The position numbers and the translations under genes are program-made. The notes beneath the pieces were generated by a model that had not been told where the DNA came from, did no database searches, and was given only the letters and a program-made list of their open reading frames with translations. Below, in pieces: positions 18,248-28,616 of a DNA stretch of 64,000 nt (position 1 is the stretch's first letter; each line of letters starts with the position of its first letter). The DNA comes from Methanolobus sp. Lineage in GTDB: Archaea; Halobacteriota; Methanosarcinia; Methanosarcinales; Methanosarcinaceae. The stretch is taken from positions 4,958 to 68,957 of the forward strand of contig JASKKT010000002.1 of NCBI GenBank assembly GCA_030154025.1. Reading direction: 5' to 3'.

Positions 18248-19888
18248 ATGATCCACAAAAATGCAGATCCGCATAAAAAAGGTTCGCAGAAAACACGCTC
18301 AAACGCATCCTTCAGTTCCAGGGTCCGGCAGCTTAGTGAAGAACTCTGTTTGCTGAATAAGGAACTGGCAGATACAAAAGAGTTCTATAATGAACGCCTG
18401 GAGAACCTTAATGATGTAGTCTTCTCTATTGATAACGACGGCATATTCACATACATAAACTCAGCTATCGAAAACATAACCGGGTATAAGGTTGAAGAGG
18501 TTATCGGGACACCTTATACAAGATACATACACCCCGAAGACCTTCCAGGGCTGATGGAGGATATCAGACTTACAATCGCGGGCGAGAGAAAGCCTTACAT
18601 GTTCCGCATAATAAAGAAATCGGGAGACATCACTTATGTGCATACTACATCCCGTCCGATCATGCACCATGGAAAGATCACAGGCATTAACGGCCTGATG
18701 GTCGATATCGCCCTGCTTAAGAAAGCCGAGATGAATCTCAGGAAAGAAAGGGATAAAGCCCAGAAGTATCTTGACGTGGTAGCTGTCAGCATACTTGTCA
18801 CCAGCAGGGAAGGAAAGATCTGCCTCATCAACAAGAAAGGATGTGAGATCCTTGGATATGAGGAACGCGAACTTATAGGAAAGGACTTCTTTGAGACCTT
18901 GCTGCCAGAGGATATCAGGAAAAAGGCAAGGGAGGAATACAGGAAGCTGATGGGAAAGGAAGTTACTCTCAAGACCTGTTTTGAATCACCCGTCCTTACC
19001 AAAAGCATGGAAACCAGAACATTCGAATGGAACAATATTATTCTTGAAGATGAGAGCGGAAAGACCCAGGGGCTTCTCACATCAGGCAGTGACATAACTG
19101 ACAGGGAGAAAGCTATAAAAGCCCTTGTTATGGCAAAGGTCCTTTCAGATAGTGCTGCCCAGGTTAAAAAAGACTTCATTACAACCATGAGCCATGAGAT
19201 AAGGACTCCGCTCAACCATGTCATCGGCTATTCTGACATCCTTCAGAAGGGCGATCTGGGCCCCCTCAATGAAGAACAGAGAAAATGCACAGACATCATT
19301 GTCAAAAGCGGAGAGCGGCTGATGATGATCGTCAATTCCATCATAGAGCACTCCCATATAGAGGAAGGAAGCATGAAAGTAGAAAAGAAGGAGTTCCAGC
19401 TACCTTCTTTGATCAAGGCTGTCGAAACATTCGCGATGCCCCTGGCCAGGAAGAAAAGGATTGAACTGAGCTTCCATCTGGAAACCAGTCTGAGAGAGAT
19501 ATACTCGGACGAAAACAAATTGAAAACAATCCTTTATGATCTCGTAAGCAACGCGATCAAGTTCACCCCCGAAAACGGAAGTGTCAGTGTAAAATTCACT
19601 TCTGCGGACGATACCACCCTGACAGCCATTATTGAAGATACCGGGATCGGCATCTCCGGAGAGGAACTGAGAAAGTTGTTCAAGCCTTTTTCCCAGCTTG
19701 ATTCATCCCTTACAAGGAACTTTGAGGGAGTAGGACTTGGACTGTATATTGTAAAAGAGTTCGTGGAAATGCTCGAGGGGAGCATAGAAGTGGAAAGCGA
19801 GCCCGGGCAAGGCAGTATATTCAGCTTTACAATACCGGTTGAAAAAAGGCAGGACAAAACAAGTATCTCGCCGGTCCCGCCTTCCTGA
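18248..19888 (+). CDS. Cytoplasmic PAS-PAS sensor histidine kinase
   Basis: Two PAS domains, H-box MSHEIRTPLN, NAIKFTP, DTGIGI and GVGLGL. Confidence 0.92.
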   Translation: MIHKNADPHKKGSQKTRSNASFSSRVRQLSEELCLLNKELADTKEFYNERLENLNDVVFSIDNDGIFTYINSAIENITGYKVEEVIGTPYTRYIHPEDLPGLMEDIRLTIAGERKPYMFRIIKKSGDITYVHTTSRPIMHHGKITGINGLMVDIALLKKAEMNLRKERDKAQKYLDVVAVSILVTSREGKICLINKKGCEILGYEERELIGKDFFETLLPEDIRKKAREEYRKLMGKEVTLKTCFESPVLTKSMETRTFEWNNIILEDESGKTQGLLTSGSDITDREKAIKALVMAKVLSDSAAQVKKDFITTMSHEIRTPLNHVIGYSDILQKGDLGPLNEEQRKCTDIIVKSGERLMMIVNSIIEHSHIEEGSMKVEKKEFQLPSLIKAVETFAMPLARKKRIELSFHLETSLREIYSDENKLKTILYDLVSNAIKFTPENGSVSVKFTSADDTTLTAIIEDTGIGISGEELRKLFKPFSQLDSSLTRNFEGVGLGLYIVKEFVEMLEGSIEVESEPGQGSIFSFTIPVEKRQDKTSISPVPPS

Positions 19889-19893
19889 TCGTG

Positions 19894-20211
19894 TCAGTTC
19901 TTCTTGATCTTCACAGCCGTCCCGTAAGCAAGCAGTTCCGCAGCTCCTGCCATGGTCTGCGATGTGGTGAACCTCACATTTACAACTGCATCCGCACCCA
20001 TTTTCCTGGCATCTTCCACCATGCGCTCATAGGATTCCCTTCTTGCCTGGGAGAGCATATCCGAATAACCTTTAAGCTCGCCTCCGACAATGTTCTTCAG
20101 GCCGGCTGCAATGTCACTTCCCAGATGTTTGGCGCGAACGGTATTTCCAAAGACCACGCCGAGTATTTCCAGCTCTTTACCTTCTATTCCATCTGTTGTT
20201 GTTACTAACAT
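19894..20211 (-). CDS. YbjQ (UPF0145) family protein
   Basis: KNIVGGEL, GADAVVNVRF and AYGTAV motifs. Confidence 0.92.
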   Translation of the reverse strand: MLVTTTDGIEGKELEILGVVFGNTVRAKHLGSDIAAGLKNIVGGELKGYSDMLSQARRESYERMVEDARKMGADAVVNVRFTTSQTMAGAAELLAYGTAVKIKKN

Positions 20212-20242
20212 GTTTCACCTCTTATTTTGGACTTATATTAAT

Positions 20243-22009
20243 TTAACAACGCCTGGCCAGCAGGACCTGATTTCCCGCCCTTAGCAGCGTAAAAATGAAC
20301 CTGCTGCCTGTGCCTGGTTCACTCTCGGCCCTTATCGAACCATCCATGCCCTCGATAAGTCCTTTTGTTATCGCAAGCCCCAGTCCGCAGCCCCCGGCGG
20401 CACGGGTGGATGTGCTGTCGATCTGGTAGAACTTATCAAATACATGATCTATATGGGACAGGTCAATGCCTATGCCCGTATCCATGACCGTGACCTCGAC
20501 CCTATCACCGGTCTCACGTGCACGGACGGTCACTTCCCCGCCGCGGGGGGTGAACTTGACAGCGTTGTTCAGGAGATTGACAAACACCTGGACTAGCTTA
20601 TCCCTATCTGCAAAAACAGCCGGCAGTGACGGAGGCACGTCATTAACAAGACTGATCTCTTTGCTTTCCGAAAAGCGGTGGATGGTCTCAAGAGAGTGCT
20701 CCAGGACCTCCTGCAGGCTCACTGGCTCAATATTGAACTTCATCCTGTTGGACTCGATCCTGGAAATATCGAGAAGGTCATCCACAAGTCTCGCCTGCCG
20801 GTCAACGTTGCGTACTATGAGTGCAAGCATTTGTTTCCTGATCTTGGGATCACAGGTGTCCTCCAGCAGGAATTCGCTCGAGGTCTTCATCGCCGTGAGC
20901 GGGGTCTTGAGCTCATGGGAGACCATGGACAGGAACTCGTTCTTCAGCCTGTCAAGTTCCTTGAGCTTTACATTGGCAGATGTTAGCGATTCATTGGACT
21001 GCTGGAGTTCGGCGGTCTTTCTCTCCACCTCCCGCTCAAGGGTCTTGTTCCAGTTAAGGAGTATGAAATAGACCTGAGAGCTCACGAACAGAATGAACAG
21101 GACAGAGACCGCTGCCACCGTGAACAGTTTTACGTAGACCGAGACAATTATATCATCAACAGCATCACCTGGGCTTGTAAGGCCTACGGACCATTGCTGA
21201 TTATGCCATTTTATTGGCGAATAGGAAACAAGCACATACTCACCGCCTTCAGGGGTTTCCAGCCAGTACTTGCCATTGCCAACCTGACCTCTCATCTGCT
21301 CTTCAATGATATGCAGACGTTCAGCATCGACCGAATACCCTTGATCTGTGTAACTTGTGCCCTTTTCAAAGATACCTGACTGGTCATACAGTATCATCCC
21401 GCTGTCATCTACAATATATACATAGTTCTTGCTGTCGGAACTGGTTTCGAACTGCTCAAGGATACCCTCATCCGATACAATGCCGAGGATAGAACCTCTG
21501 AACTGGCCGTTCTCGAAAACAGGAACCCACACATAGGCCCCGAAAATACCTTCCATCGTGGTCACAGGCTCTGATACGTAGACCTCCCCCGTGTCCCTGA
21601 CATGCTCGAATGCCCAGGTCATATTATTGGAATAGAGGTTGTAGCCGTGAGGCACACGCTCAGCGGGATACCCGGATACCACAGTACCGCTGGAATCAAT
21701 GAACTCCAGCACGTAGTAGATATCTGCCACTGCATATACTGTCTCGAACTCGGACATGAACAGGTCTTCCGGAACTCCCTGCCTCTTCTGCGCCACCACC
21801 TCCAGCAAGAGCACCCGCTCGTTCAGCAACTCTGCAATGGAAGAAGAAACATACTGGGTCAGGATGAGCTGCTGGGTTTGGTACTGTTCCTCCACGATGG
21901 ACCTTACCTCAATATTTGCCTTCATCCAGAGGAAGAAGATGGAGCCAACCAGCAGCAACACTATCACTGCAAAAATTACAAGGTTCCATCTGTTCTTTTT
22001 TTCCCACAT
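20243..22009 (-). CDS. Membrane sensor histidine kinase with an extracellular Cache domain (LtrK-like)
   Basis: TM-Cache (YVSEP, YVYIVDDSG..YD)-TM, then H-box VSHELKTPL and HATPase. Confidence 0.9.
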   Translation of the reverse strand: MWEKKNRWNLVIFAVIVLLLVGSIFFLWMKANIEVRSIVEEQYQTQQLILTQYVSSSIAELLNERVLLLEVVAQKRQGVPEDLFMSEFETVYAVADIYYVLEFIDSSGTVVSGYPAERVPHGYNLYSNNMTWAFEHVRDTGEVYVSEPVTTMEGIFGAYVWVPVFENGQFRGSILGIVSDEGILEQFETSSDSKNYVYIVDDSGMILYDQSGIFEKGTSYTDQGYSVDAERLHIIEEQMRGQVGNGKYWLETPEGGEYVLVSYSPIKWHNQQWSVGLTSPGDAVDDIIVSVYVKLFTVAAVSVLFILFVSSQVYFILLNWNKTLEREVERKTAELQQSNESLTSANVKLKELDRLKNEFLSMVSHELKTPLTAMKTSSEFLLEDTCDPKIRKQMLALIVRNVDRQARLVDDLLDISRIESNRMKFNIEPVSLQEVLEHSLETIHRFSESKEISLVNDVPPSLPAVFADRDKLVQVFVNLLNNAVKFTPRGGEVTVRARETGDRVEVTVMDTGIGIDLSHIDHVFDKFYQIDSTSTRAAGGCGLGLAITKGLIEGMDGSIRAESEPGTGSRFIFTLLRAGNQVLLARRC

Positions 22010-22042
22010 AAGGCCGGAATGAGGATTAAAAGATGAGAAAAC

Positions 22043-22555
22043 TCAGACAGCGCCTCTTCGAAGCACCATCCTTATACGGGCTTTAAGCTCCTTGAGATTG
22101 AAGGGTTTTGTAACATAATCGTCTGCACCCAGTTCAAGCCCTTCCACCTTGTCATCGACCTCTCCCTTGGCTGTGAGCATTATAACGGGGATGTGACTGG
22201 AAACCGGGTCAGCCTTAAGGCGCCTGCATACCTCAAAACCATCCATGCCTGGCATCATGATGTCAAGGAGGATCACGTCAGGGGTCTCAGACTTTGCTTT
22301 GCGGATACCCTCGTATCCGTCAAGGGCCTCTATAACATTGTAACCTTCTGCCTCGAGCGCCACCTTAAGTGCGGTGGAAGCGTCGATCTCCTCGTCCACG
22401 ATGAGGATCTTCTCACGGGTATCTGAAAGAAAGGCTATCCTTTGGCGAATCAGACTTTCATCCACTCCAAGTGACCTGGCTATTTCCGCCTCGCTTATGC
22501 CGGGCTTGCTCTCTATCAGCGCCAGGATCTCAGGATCAATGTTTTCAGTATTCAT
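22043..22555 (-). CDS. Response regulator with N-terminal HTH and C-terminal REC domain (LtrR-like)
   Basis: PGISEAEIARSLG HTH, then LLDIMMP (Asp98), MLTA and KPF. Confidence 0.9.
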   Translation of the reverse strand: MNTENIDPEILALIESKPGISEAEIARSLGVDESLIRQRIAFLSDTREKILIVDEEIDASTALKVALEAEGYNVIEALDGYEGIRKAKSETPDVILLDIMMPGMDGFEVCRRLKADPVSSHIPVIMLTAKGEVDDKVEGLELGADDYVTKPFNLKELKARIRMVLRRGAV

Positions 22556-22703
22556 AGTGATACTACCCTAACTGTGAATAAGTATAGCAGGATGATGTTA
22601 TTAAAACCTTTCCAAATATCAAAGGGTTGTGTCTTAATTAGCCCAGTAGTCCAAATTAAAGAAAGTATTATAACTCATCAATGAATATCTATGCTACGAT
22701 ACA

Positions 22704-22979
22704 ATGGATGCACTGGAAGAGATATTTGGAAAGACAGCCCAGATGACCGTTCTTAAAAACCTTATACAGCACCGGAACGAATCGACCTATCTTTCCGGCA
22801 TAGCAGAGGAGACCGGCCTGTCCCACTCCAGTGTCGCGAGGGTCATTGCACCCCTCATCAAAACGGGTATCGTCATAGAGAAGCCCCTTGGAAAGCAGAT
22901 AAGGACTTTCCGTCTGAACCTTGATAACGAGAAAACCCACCTTATACTTGACTTTTATACCAGGCTCAATGAAAAGTGA
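22704..22979 (+). CDS. Small winged-helix DNA-binding protein
   Basis: YLSGIAEETGLSHSSVARVIAPL HTH, 91 aa. Confidence 0.8.
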   Translation: MDALEEIFGKTAQMTVLKNLIQHRNESTYLSGIAEETGLSHSSVARVIAPLIKTGIVIEKPLGKQIRTFRLNLDNEKTHLILDFYTRLNEK

Positions 22980-22992
22980 GATGCTTCCCGGT

Positions 22993-23673
22993 TCAGCTTT
23001 CCTGGTCCGCAAACCCGTCTTTTTTAGATGATACGCCAAGCATCAGCACTGCAAATTTCCCTGCTGTTCCGGCAAGCAGATTTATTACATGAAGGGATAA
23101 CATCCCCACCGGTAAGGCAGAGAAAAAAGCGATCAGGGAAAGCTCCGATGAGTAAGGATGGAAACCAGCCTGGTGGGGACCAGAGTCCAGGGCATACCCT
23201 ATCAGGGGTGTCAGGAACAGTAGCACTGTCATTGTTATCATGAACAGGGATACACCCAGCGAGAATACTCCCAGAGGGAATTTCAGCAACAAGAACAGCA
23301 GGGCCTTCCATGATACAGGGTTTTTCAGCCTTGACACCCAGTTTTCAAGGACACTGTCCGGCTTAGTCACAGTGTGGGACATCGGTGGTATTTTCACATC
23401 CAGAAGCCATTCTGCAAGCTGCCGTTCAAAAGACGCCATTTCCCACCATGCAAGGAAAACAAGCAGCAGTATAGGAATACCCAGCCAGATGCCCAGCAGG
23501 TGGAATCCCAGCGACAGACCTGTTACCAGGAACACAAAATAAGCCGTTCCAAGAGGGAATGTGAACAGCAGGTAAAGGAAGTTAAGGTATGTCTGCTTCC
23601 TGAAAGCCACAGCTACGAAATCACGCAGGTGCCTTCTGAGAAGGCTGAAGGCTGTGTTGGCTCTCCCAAACAT
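22993..23673 (-). CDS. Stand-alone putative sensor-domain membrane protein (PF13796-like)
   Basis: YLLFTFPLGTAYF, GIPILL..ERQLA and SWKALLFLLLKFPLG pattern. No kinase domain. Confidence 0.75.
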   Translation of the reverse strand: MFGRANTAFSLLRRHLRDFVAVAFRKQTYLNFLYLLFTFPLGTAYFVFLVTGLSLGFHLLGIWLGIPILLLVFLAWWEMASFERQLAEWLLDVKIPPMSHTVTKPDSVLENWVSRLKNPVSWKALLFLLLKFPLGVFSLGVSLFMITMTVLLFLTPLIGYALDSGPHQAGFHPYSSELSLIAFFSALPVGMLSLHVINLLAGTAGKFAVLMLGVSSKKDGFADQES

Positions 23674-23760
23674 TTGTTCCGTCCTGATCGATATAATATT
23701 ATGATAGCAAAGTCGTTCATTATGCCCAAAGGCTCATTTGGCTGGCCTTCGGAGAGAGGA

Positions 23761-23788
23761 GCAGCCTGAGGAAGCTTACAGGCTGCGT
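23761..23788. terminator. Hairpin downstream of the PLDc_N gene
   Basis: GCAGCCTG-12 nt-CAGGCTGC perfect 8-bp stem, without a clear U-tract. Confidence 0.35.
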
Positions 23789-23814
23789 TCATCGTAATTC
23801 ACTTAAGCGCCACT

Positions 23815-24051
23815 TCAGGCACCAAACTCCCGGATGCGCCCTGGCCTCCTGACAAGGAAGTATATCAGGGCACCAATCAGGTGAGTGAGGAGGATTATCA
23901 ATATCCATATCAGCTTGTCGTTGCCTGTTGATGGTTCCTTTGTTGCGCAGTCTATGAGCATCCATATCCAGAAAAGGGTCCCTATTATGCCTGCCCCGAA
24001 AAATAGGAAGAAGAGCAAAAAGGGAATTCCTATGAACAATGCATCGAACAT
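23815..24051 (-). CDS. PLDc N-terminal domain small membrane protein
   Basis: FWIWMLIDC..KLIWILIILLTHLIGALIYF pattern. Confidence 0.85.
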   Translation of the reverse strand: MFDALFIGIPFLLFFLFFGAGIIGTLFWIWMLIDCATKEPSTGNDKLIWILIILLTHLIGALIYFLVRRPGRIREFGA

Positions 24052-24078
24052 TTTACCTCCTTAAAGTCATAATCGTAT

Positions 24079-25293
24079 TCATTCATGCCTCAGGGCATCC
24101 ACAGGATTCATCTTTGCAGCTTTGTTCGCCGGATATACACCTGCCACCAGCCCGACAATGATCGAGACAAAGACACCGATAAAGATCATGTTCAGCGGGA
24201 ACACGTGAGGCATTCCCATGGCACTCACAACTGCATAAGCTCCAAGTACTCCTAGTGCCGTACCGAAGATGCCACCAATAAGGCCCACTACCATGGATTC
24301 CACGATAAACATCGTGAGAACTTCCTTGTTCTTATATCCAAGCGACTTCATGATGCCTATCTCGCTGGTCCTCTCAGTAACTGTTACCAGCATGATGTTC
24401 ATGATACCTATCGAGCCCACAATGAGTGATATCAGTGCGACTGCCGTCAGCAAGGAACTGAGGGCTGCAGACATCTGGTCGACCTGCTCCAGTATTTCCT
24501 CCTGGTTCAGAAGGGAATAGGGCTTTGCGTCCTCGTTGTCGATATCGCGTGCCGGGACACCGAGATTCCTGGCAAGCCTGCTGTCGACCTCATCGGTTAC
24601 ATCGGAAATGGATTCCATGTTCTCTGCAGCAGCGAAGAAACCCCAGTAATAATCCTCCCCCATGATCTCGTTCATAGTGGAGATCGGGATGAATATACGG
24701 ACATCGGACTCTATGCCGCTCTGGACAAAGGATGTCTCGGGGCTGGCAATTATGCCCTTGACCTTGAAATTCTGGGTCACTGTCTCGCCGTTTGCCTTTA
24801 CAAAGGTCATCTGGACCGTGTTCTTCTCCGAGATTGTCCTGCCGAACTTCTCGTATGCCACATCGTGACCCAGCACAGCCACATACTTGTCCTTATCAGT
24901 GAGGAAACTGCCCGATTCCATCCGGATATTGGCCACTTCCTCATAGTCCTCGTTCACACCCTGCACCGATATCTGCCGGGTAGTTGAAAGGTATTTCACC
25001 TCAGCCACCTGCTGGCTTACGGGAGACACGCCCGTTATCCCGGGGGTGCTCTTCACAAGCTCGAGTTCGTTATCATGAAGCAGATTAGAGGTCTTGCTCT
25101 GGATGATGATGAAGTTGTTACCGACAGAACCTATCTCCTCGGTAAAGTACTGGCTGAAACTTGCTCCCAGCGATACATTGGCTATGACCGCGGCAATGCC
25201 TATAATGATCCCCAGGGTCGTGAGCGCCGAGCGCATTTTTGCGCTTCCGATGCTTCCAAGGGCTATCCTTATTGAGTGCTTCAGGCTCAGCAT
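24079..25293 (-). CDS. MacB/FtsX-type ABC permease (module B)
   Basis: RSALTTLGIIIG, IGIMNIMLVTVTERT and YPANKAAKMNPVDALR. Confidence 0.93.
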   Translation of the reverse strand: MLSLKHSIRIALGSIGSAKMRSALTTLGIIIGIAAVIANVSLGASFSQYFTEEIGSVGNNFIIIQSKTSNLLHDNELELVKSTPGITGVSPVSQQVAEVKYLSTTRQISVQGVNEDYEEVANIRMESGSFLTDKDKYVAVLGHDVAYEKFGRTISEKNTVQMTFVKANGETVTQNFKVKGIIASPETSFVQSGIESDVRIFIPISTMNEIMGEDYYWGFFAAAENMESISDVTDEVDSRLARNLGVPARDIDNEDAKPYSLLNQEEILEQVDQMSAALSSLLTAVALISLIVGSIGIMNIMLVTVTERTSEIGIMKSLGYKNKEVLTMFIVESMVVGLIGGIFGTALGVLGAYAVVSAMGMPHVFPLNMIFIGVFVSIIVGLVAGVYPANKAAKMNPVDALRHE

Positions 25294-25310
25294 AGGGTAA
25301 ACTCCTTCGC

Positions 25311-26549
25311 TCACTTGTTACTCTGCTTCTTACGCCTGTAGAGAGCAACAGCAGGAAGACCGACCAGCAACGCCAGGCCGATGAATGTCAGTGCAAGAGT
25401 ACTGGTATTGCCTGAATCGCTCTGAACCGTGTTTACATTACGTACGCCTACCTGGTCGCTATGGCTGTTCACACCGTTCTTGTAATCGACCTCGATCGTT
25501 ACCGCTGAAGATGATCCATTGCCGGAGTCCCTGGCCTTTATCTGGATGGTGAACAGCTCATCGGCATTCATGGAGCCGATATAGTATTCCTCCGGGGAGA
25601 ATGCGATATCATCAGATACCAGTCTCACACTGACCGAATTGAGGGTATTAGGATGACTGTTGGCCACATCGAACTCGAAAACACCCTCACCGTCGGTAAG
25701 TATCAGGGGTTTGGAAGGGATCACCTTTACAGCTGAGGAATCGATCCTGACCGGTATCCTCCAGTTGTTATTGTAGGCGTGGGAGTTGCCTACCATGTAA
25801 AAGTCCAGGTAGTAGGTGCCATCCTCTGTGTTATTATCAATCCTGATATTATAGTTGAGAGTAATGGAATCTCCCGGACCAATGATGCCTGAGCCTGTAT
25901 AGATGTCACTGGTGACCGATATCCCGTCAATCCCCCTGAGGGATGCGGACTGGACCCTTGCATTGGTGTCGTAATCCTTGCCATCGATGGTAACTGTGCT
26001 GGTGGTGGCGGTATTTTTGAGAGTGAAGCTCACAGTACCCCTGTCACCTGGCATGAAGACAGAAGGGTCGCTGGATATCTCGCTGAGCTGGATAGTACCC
26101 TTGCTGTCAAAAGTGTCGGAGCCTACCCTGAGGGAAACAGTTTTCTTGAACCAGGCGTCCCCGTCATCAGCCTTATAGTAGATGTCGATGTTGCCGGTCC
26201 CGACCTTTGCGTTCCCGTCCACGAAGAGGCGGTACTCGTGCACCACTGCTTTCTCTGGTGCCAGTATGCCTATAGACTTCACAGCATTGCTTTCTGAATC
26301 CAGTGAGAACGGATATTCCGGCTCAATTTTCAGTGAAACAGCATCCGCGCGGCCGTACCCGGTGTTCTCAACTTTGACCCGGACATCCACATATTTGCCT
26401 ATCTCGGCAGGATATGGGTCGTAATCCAGTACATCCACTCTCAGATTCGCACCGGAACTTGCAGATACCGGTGTGAATAATGCAAGTATCATTCCAAGGC
26501 AGACTAAAGAGCCTATGATCTTTCGTATAATATCGCTTGCCCCAGTCAT
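25311..26549 (-). CDS. COG1361 S-layer-domain surface protein (module B)
   Basis: Signal peptide, YDPYPAEIG, beta-rich repeats, YYIGSMNADE, C-terminal TM and basic tail. Confidence 0.8.
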   Translation of the reverse strand: MTGASDIIRKIIGSLVCLGMILALFTPVSASSGANLRVDVLDYDPYPAEIGKYVDVRVKVENTGYGRADAVSLKIEPEYPFSLDSESNAVKSIGILAPEKAVVHEYRLFVDGNAKVGTGNIDIYYKADDGDAWFKKTVSLRVGSDTFDSKGTIQLSEISSDPSVFMPGDRGTVSFTLKNTATTSTVTIDGKDYDTNARVQSASLRGIDGISVTSDIYTGSGIIGPGDSITLNYNIRIDNNTEDGTYYLDFYMVGNSHAYNNNWRIPVRIDSSAVKVIPSKPLILTDGEGVFEFDVANSHPNTLNSVSVRLVSDDIAFSPEEYYIGSMNADELFTIQIKARDSGNGSSSAVTIEVDYKNGVNSHSDQVGVRNVNTVQSDSGNTSTLALTFIGLALLVGLPAVALYRRKKQSNK

Positions 26550-26559
26550 TAGAATCACT

Positions 26560-27273
26560 TCAGTTATTTTTTATGTACCCGTCTTTTATGTGCACTACCC
26601 GGTCCACATATTTTTCCATCTCAGGGTCGTGGGTGATCATCACTATTGTGCATCCGTTGCGATGCAATTCCGAGAATATGCCCAGTATCTCCTCACTGGT
26701 CTTTGAATCAAGGTTCCCGGTAGGTTCGTCGGCAAGGATTAGGGAAGGCTCATTTATCAGGGATCTGGCTATAGCGACCCTCTGGCGCTGCCCTCCGGAG
26801 AGCTCGGTAGGCCTGTGGTCCATGCGGTCATCAAGACCGACCAGCTTTAACAGGTCTTTAGCCCTTTGCGGAGAATTGTGCCCTTTCCTTGAATTGGAGT
26901 AGGTCGGAAGCAGCACGTTCTCGTATGCACTTAAGCGTGGTATCAGGTTGAAGCTCTGGAAAACGAAACCAATCTCAAAACCCCGGAGCTCGGCGAGCTC
27001 GTTATCGGAGATGGCAAGTGTATCCTTGCCCATGAGCACGACCTTACCGCTTGTGGGCCTGTCCAGGCAGCCTATCATGTTCATCAGGGTGCTCTTTCCC
27101 GAGCCTGAGGGCCCCATTATTGCAACGAATTCACCCTTTTTAACGCAGAGATCGATCCCGTGAAGGATAGGTACTTCTATATCCCCGAGGCGATAGCTCT
27201 TCCTGAGATCACAAATATCGATTACAATATCATTGCCTTCTGCAACTGAACGATCCAAGTCCTTGCCAACCAT
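26560..27273 (-). CDS. ABC ATPase, MacB/LolD family (module B)
   Basis: GPSGSGKST, LSGGQRQR, LADEPTGNLD and ITHD. Confidence 0.94.
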   Translation of the reverse strand: MVGKDLDRSVAEGNDIVIDICDLRKSYRLGDIEVPILHGIDLCVKKGEFVAIMGPSGSGKSTLMNMIGCLDRPTSGKVVLMGKDTLAISDNELAELRGFEIGFVFQSFNLIPRLSAYENVLLPTYSNSRKGHNSPQRAKDLLKLVGLDDRMDHRPTELSGGQRQRVAIARSLINEPSLILADEPTGNLDSKTSEEILGIFSELHRNGCTIVMITHDPEMEKYVDRVVHIKDGYIKNN

Positions 27274-27400
27274 GCATATACCTCTAGTATCCAGTCGGAA
27301 AACTCGTCTATTTTTCGACAAGTCAGACTATTCGATATAAGTACTTAAAGCTTTCTATAAATCGACGGGTTGGTCCAATAAATAAAAGAAATGCATAATA

Positions 27401-28615
27401 TCACTCGTGCCTGAGAGCTTCCACCGGATCCAGGCTGGCAGCCCTGCTGGCCGGATAGACACCTGCAATAAGCCCGACAATTACCGATATGATAAAGCCC
27501 AGGAAGATCAGATACACCGGGAAGACGCGGGGGATATCAAGATAAGTCTCGACCGCAAAGGACCCTGCCATTCCGAGCAGGGTTCCCAGAATACCTCCGA
27601 TGACGCCCACAACAATGGATTCAAGCATGAAGAGCGTCAGGATATCGGACCTTGTGTAGCCCAGGGATTTCAGCAGGCCAATCTCCTTCGTTCTTTCGGT
27701 CACGGTCACCAGCATGATGTTCATAATGCCGATGGAACCCACAAGCAGGGCCACCAGGGCTATGATAGTTATCAGTATGGTTAGGGAATTGGAGAGCATA
27801 TCGAGTTGCTCAAGGATGTCCGCCTGATTGAAGATGCGGTACGGTTTCGCATCCTCATTGTCAATATCACGTGCCGGAACACCAAGATTCCTTGCGAGGC
27901 GCCTGTTCACCTCTTCTGAGACCGGCCTTACGGACTCCGCACTGGCGGTCTTTGCCGAAAAGCCGCTATAATCTTCCACCCCGAGGATCTCGTTCATGGT
28001 CCGGATAGGGATATAGATAGCCACGTCCCTGTCAGGTCCGCCCTGGACAAAGGTGTTATCCTCACCTTCCAGTACTCCCTTGACCCTGAACTTCTGGGTC
28101 ACAGTGGTGCCATCGTTCCTGCGGAAAGTTATATCGATATAGTTCTTGACAGGGACATCCCTCCCGAATTTTTCCTCGGCCACCTCCTTCCCCAGGACTG
28201 CCACATACCGGTCCTTGTCTGTGAGGAAACTTCCGGATGCAACAGGCAGGTTGGATATCTCCTGGGCATCCGCACTTACCCCCTGCACATCTATCTGCCG
28301 GGTAGCTGACATGTAAGTGACGGCAGCAGTCTGCTGGTTGAAGGCTGAGGCGCCCACCACCCCAGGCGTGTTCCTGATCACTTCAAGCTGGGCATCGTAG
28401 AATATATTCACATCCTGGCTGTAGATGATAATGAAATTAGAGCCAAGAGAGCCAAGCTCATCAGTGAAGTACTGGTTAAAGCTTGTACCCAAGGAAACAT
28501 TGGCAACCACTGCAGCCACTCCTATGATTATCCCAAGCATGGTAAGGGCCGAACGCAGCTTTGCGCTCCTGATGCTGCCAAGTGCTATGACCAGTGCCTG
28601 CCTGATATCCATCAT
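27401..28615 (-). CDS. MacB/FtsX-type ABC permease (module A, second)
   Basis: RSALTMLGIIIG, GIMNIMLVTVTERT and DPVEALR. Confidence 0.93.
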   Translation of the reverse strand: MMDIRQALVIALGSIRSAKLRSALTMLGIIIGVAAVVANVSLGTSFNQYFTDELGSLGSNFIIIYSQDVNIFYDAQLEVIRNTPGVVGASAFNQQTAAVTYMSATRQIDVQGVSADAQEISNLPVASGSFLTDKDRYVAVLGKEVAEEKFGRDVPVKNYIDITFRRNDGTTVTQKFRVKGVLEGEDNTFVQGGPDRDVAIYIPIRTMNEILGVEDYSGFSAKTASAESVRPVSEEVNRRLARNLGVPARDIDNEDAKPYRIFNQADILEQLDMLSNSLTILITIIALVALLVGSIGIMNIMLVTVTERTKEIGLLKSLGYTRSDILTLFMLESIVVGVIGGILGTLLGMAGSFAVETYLDIPRVFPVYLIFLGFIISVIVGLIAGVYPASRAASLDPVEALRHE

Positions 28616-28616
28616 C

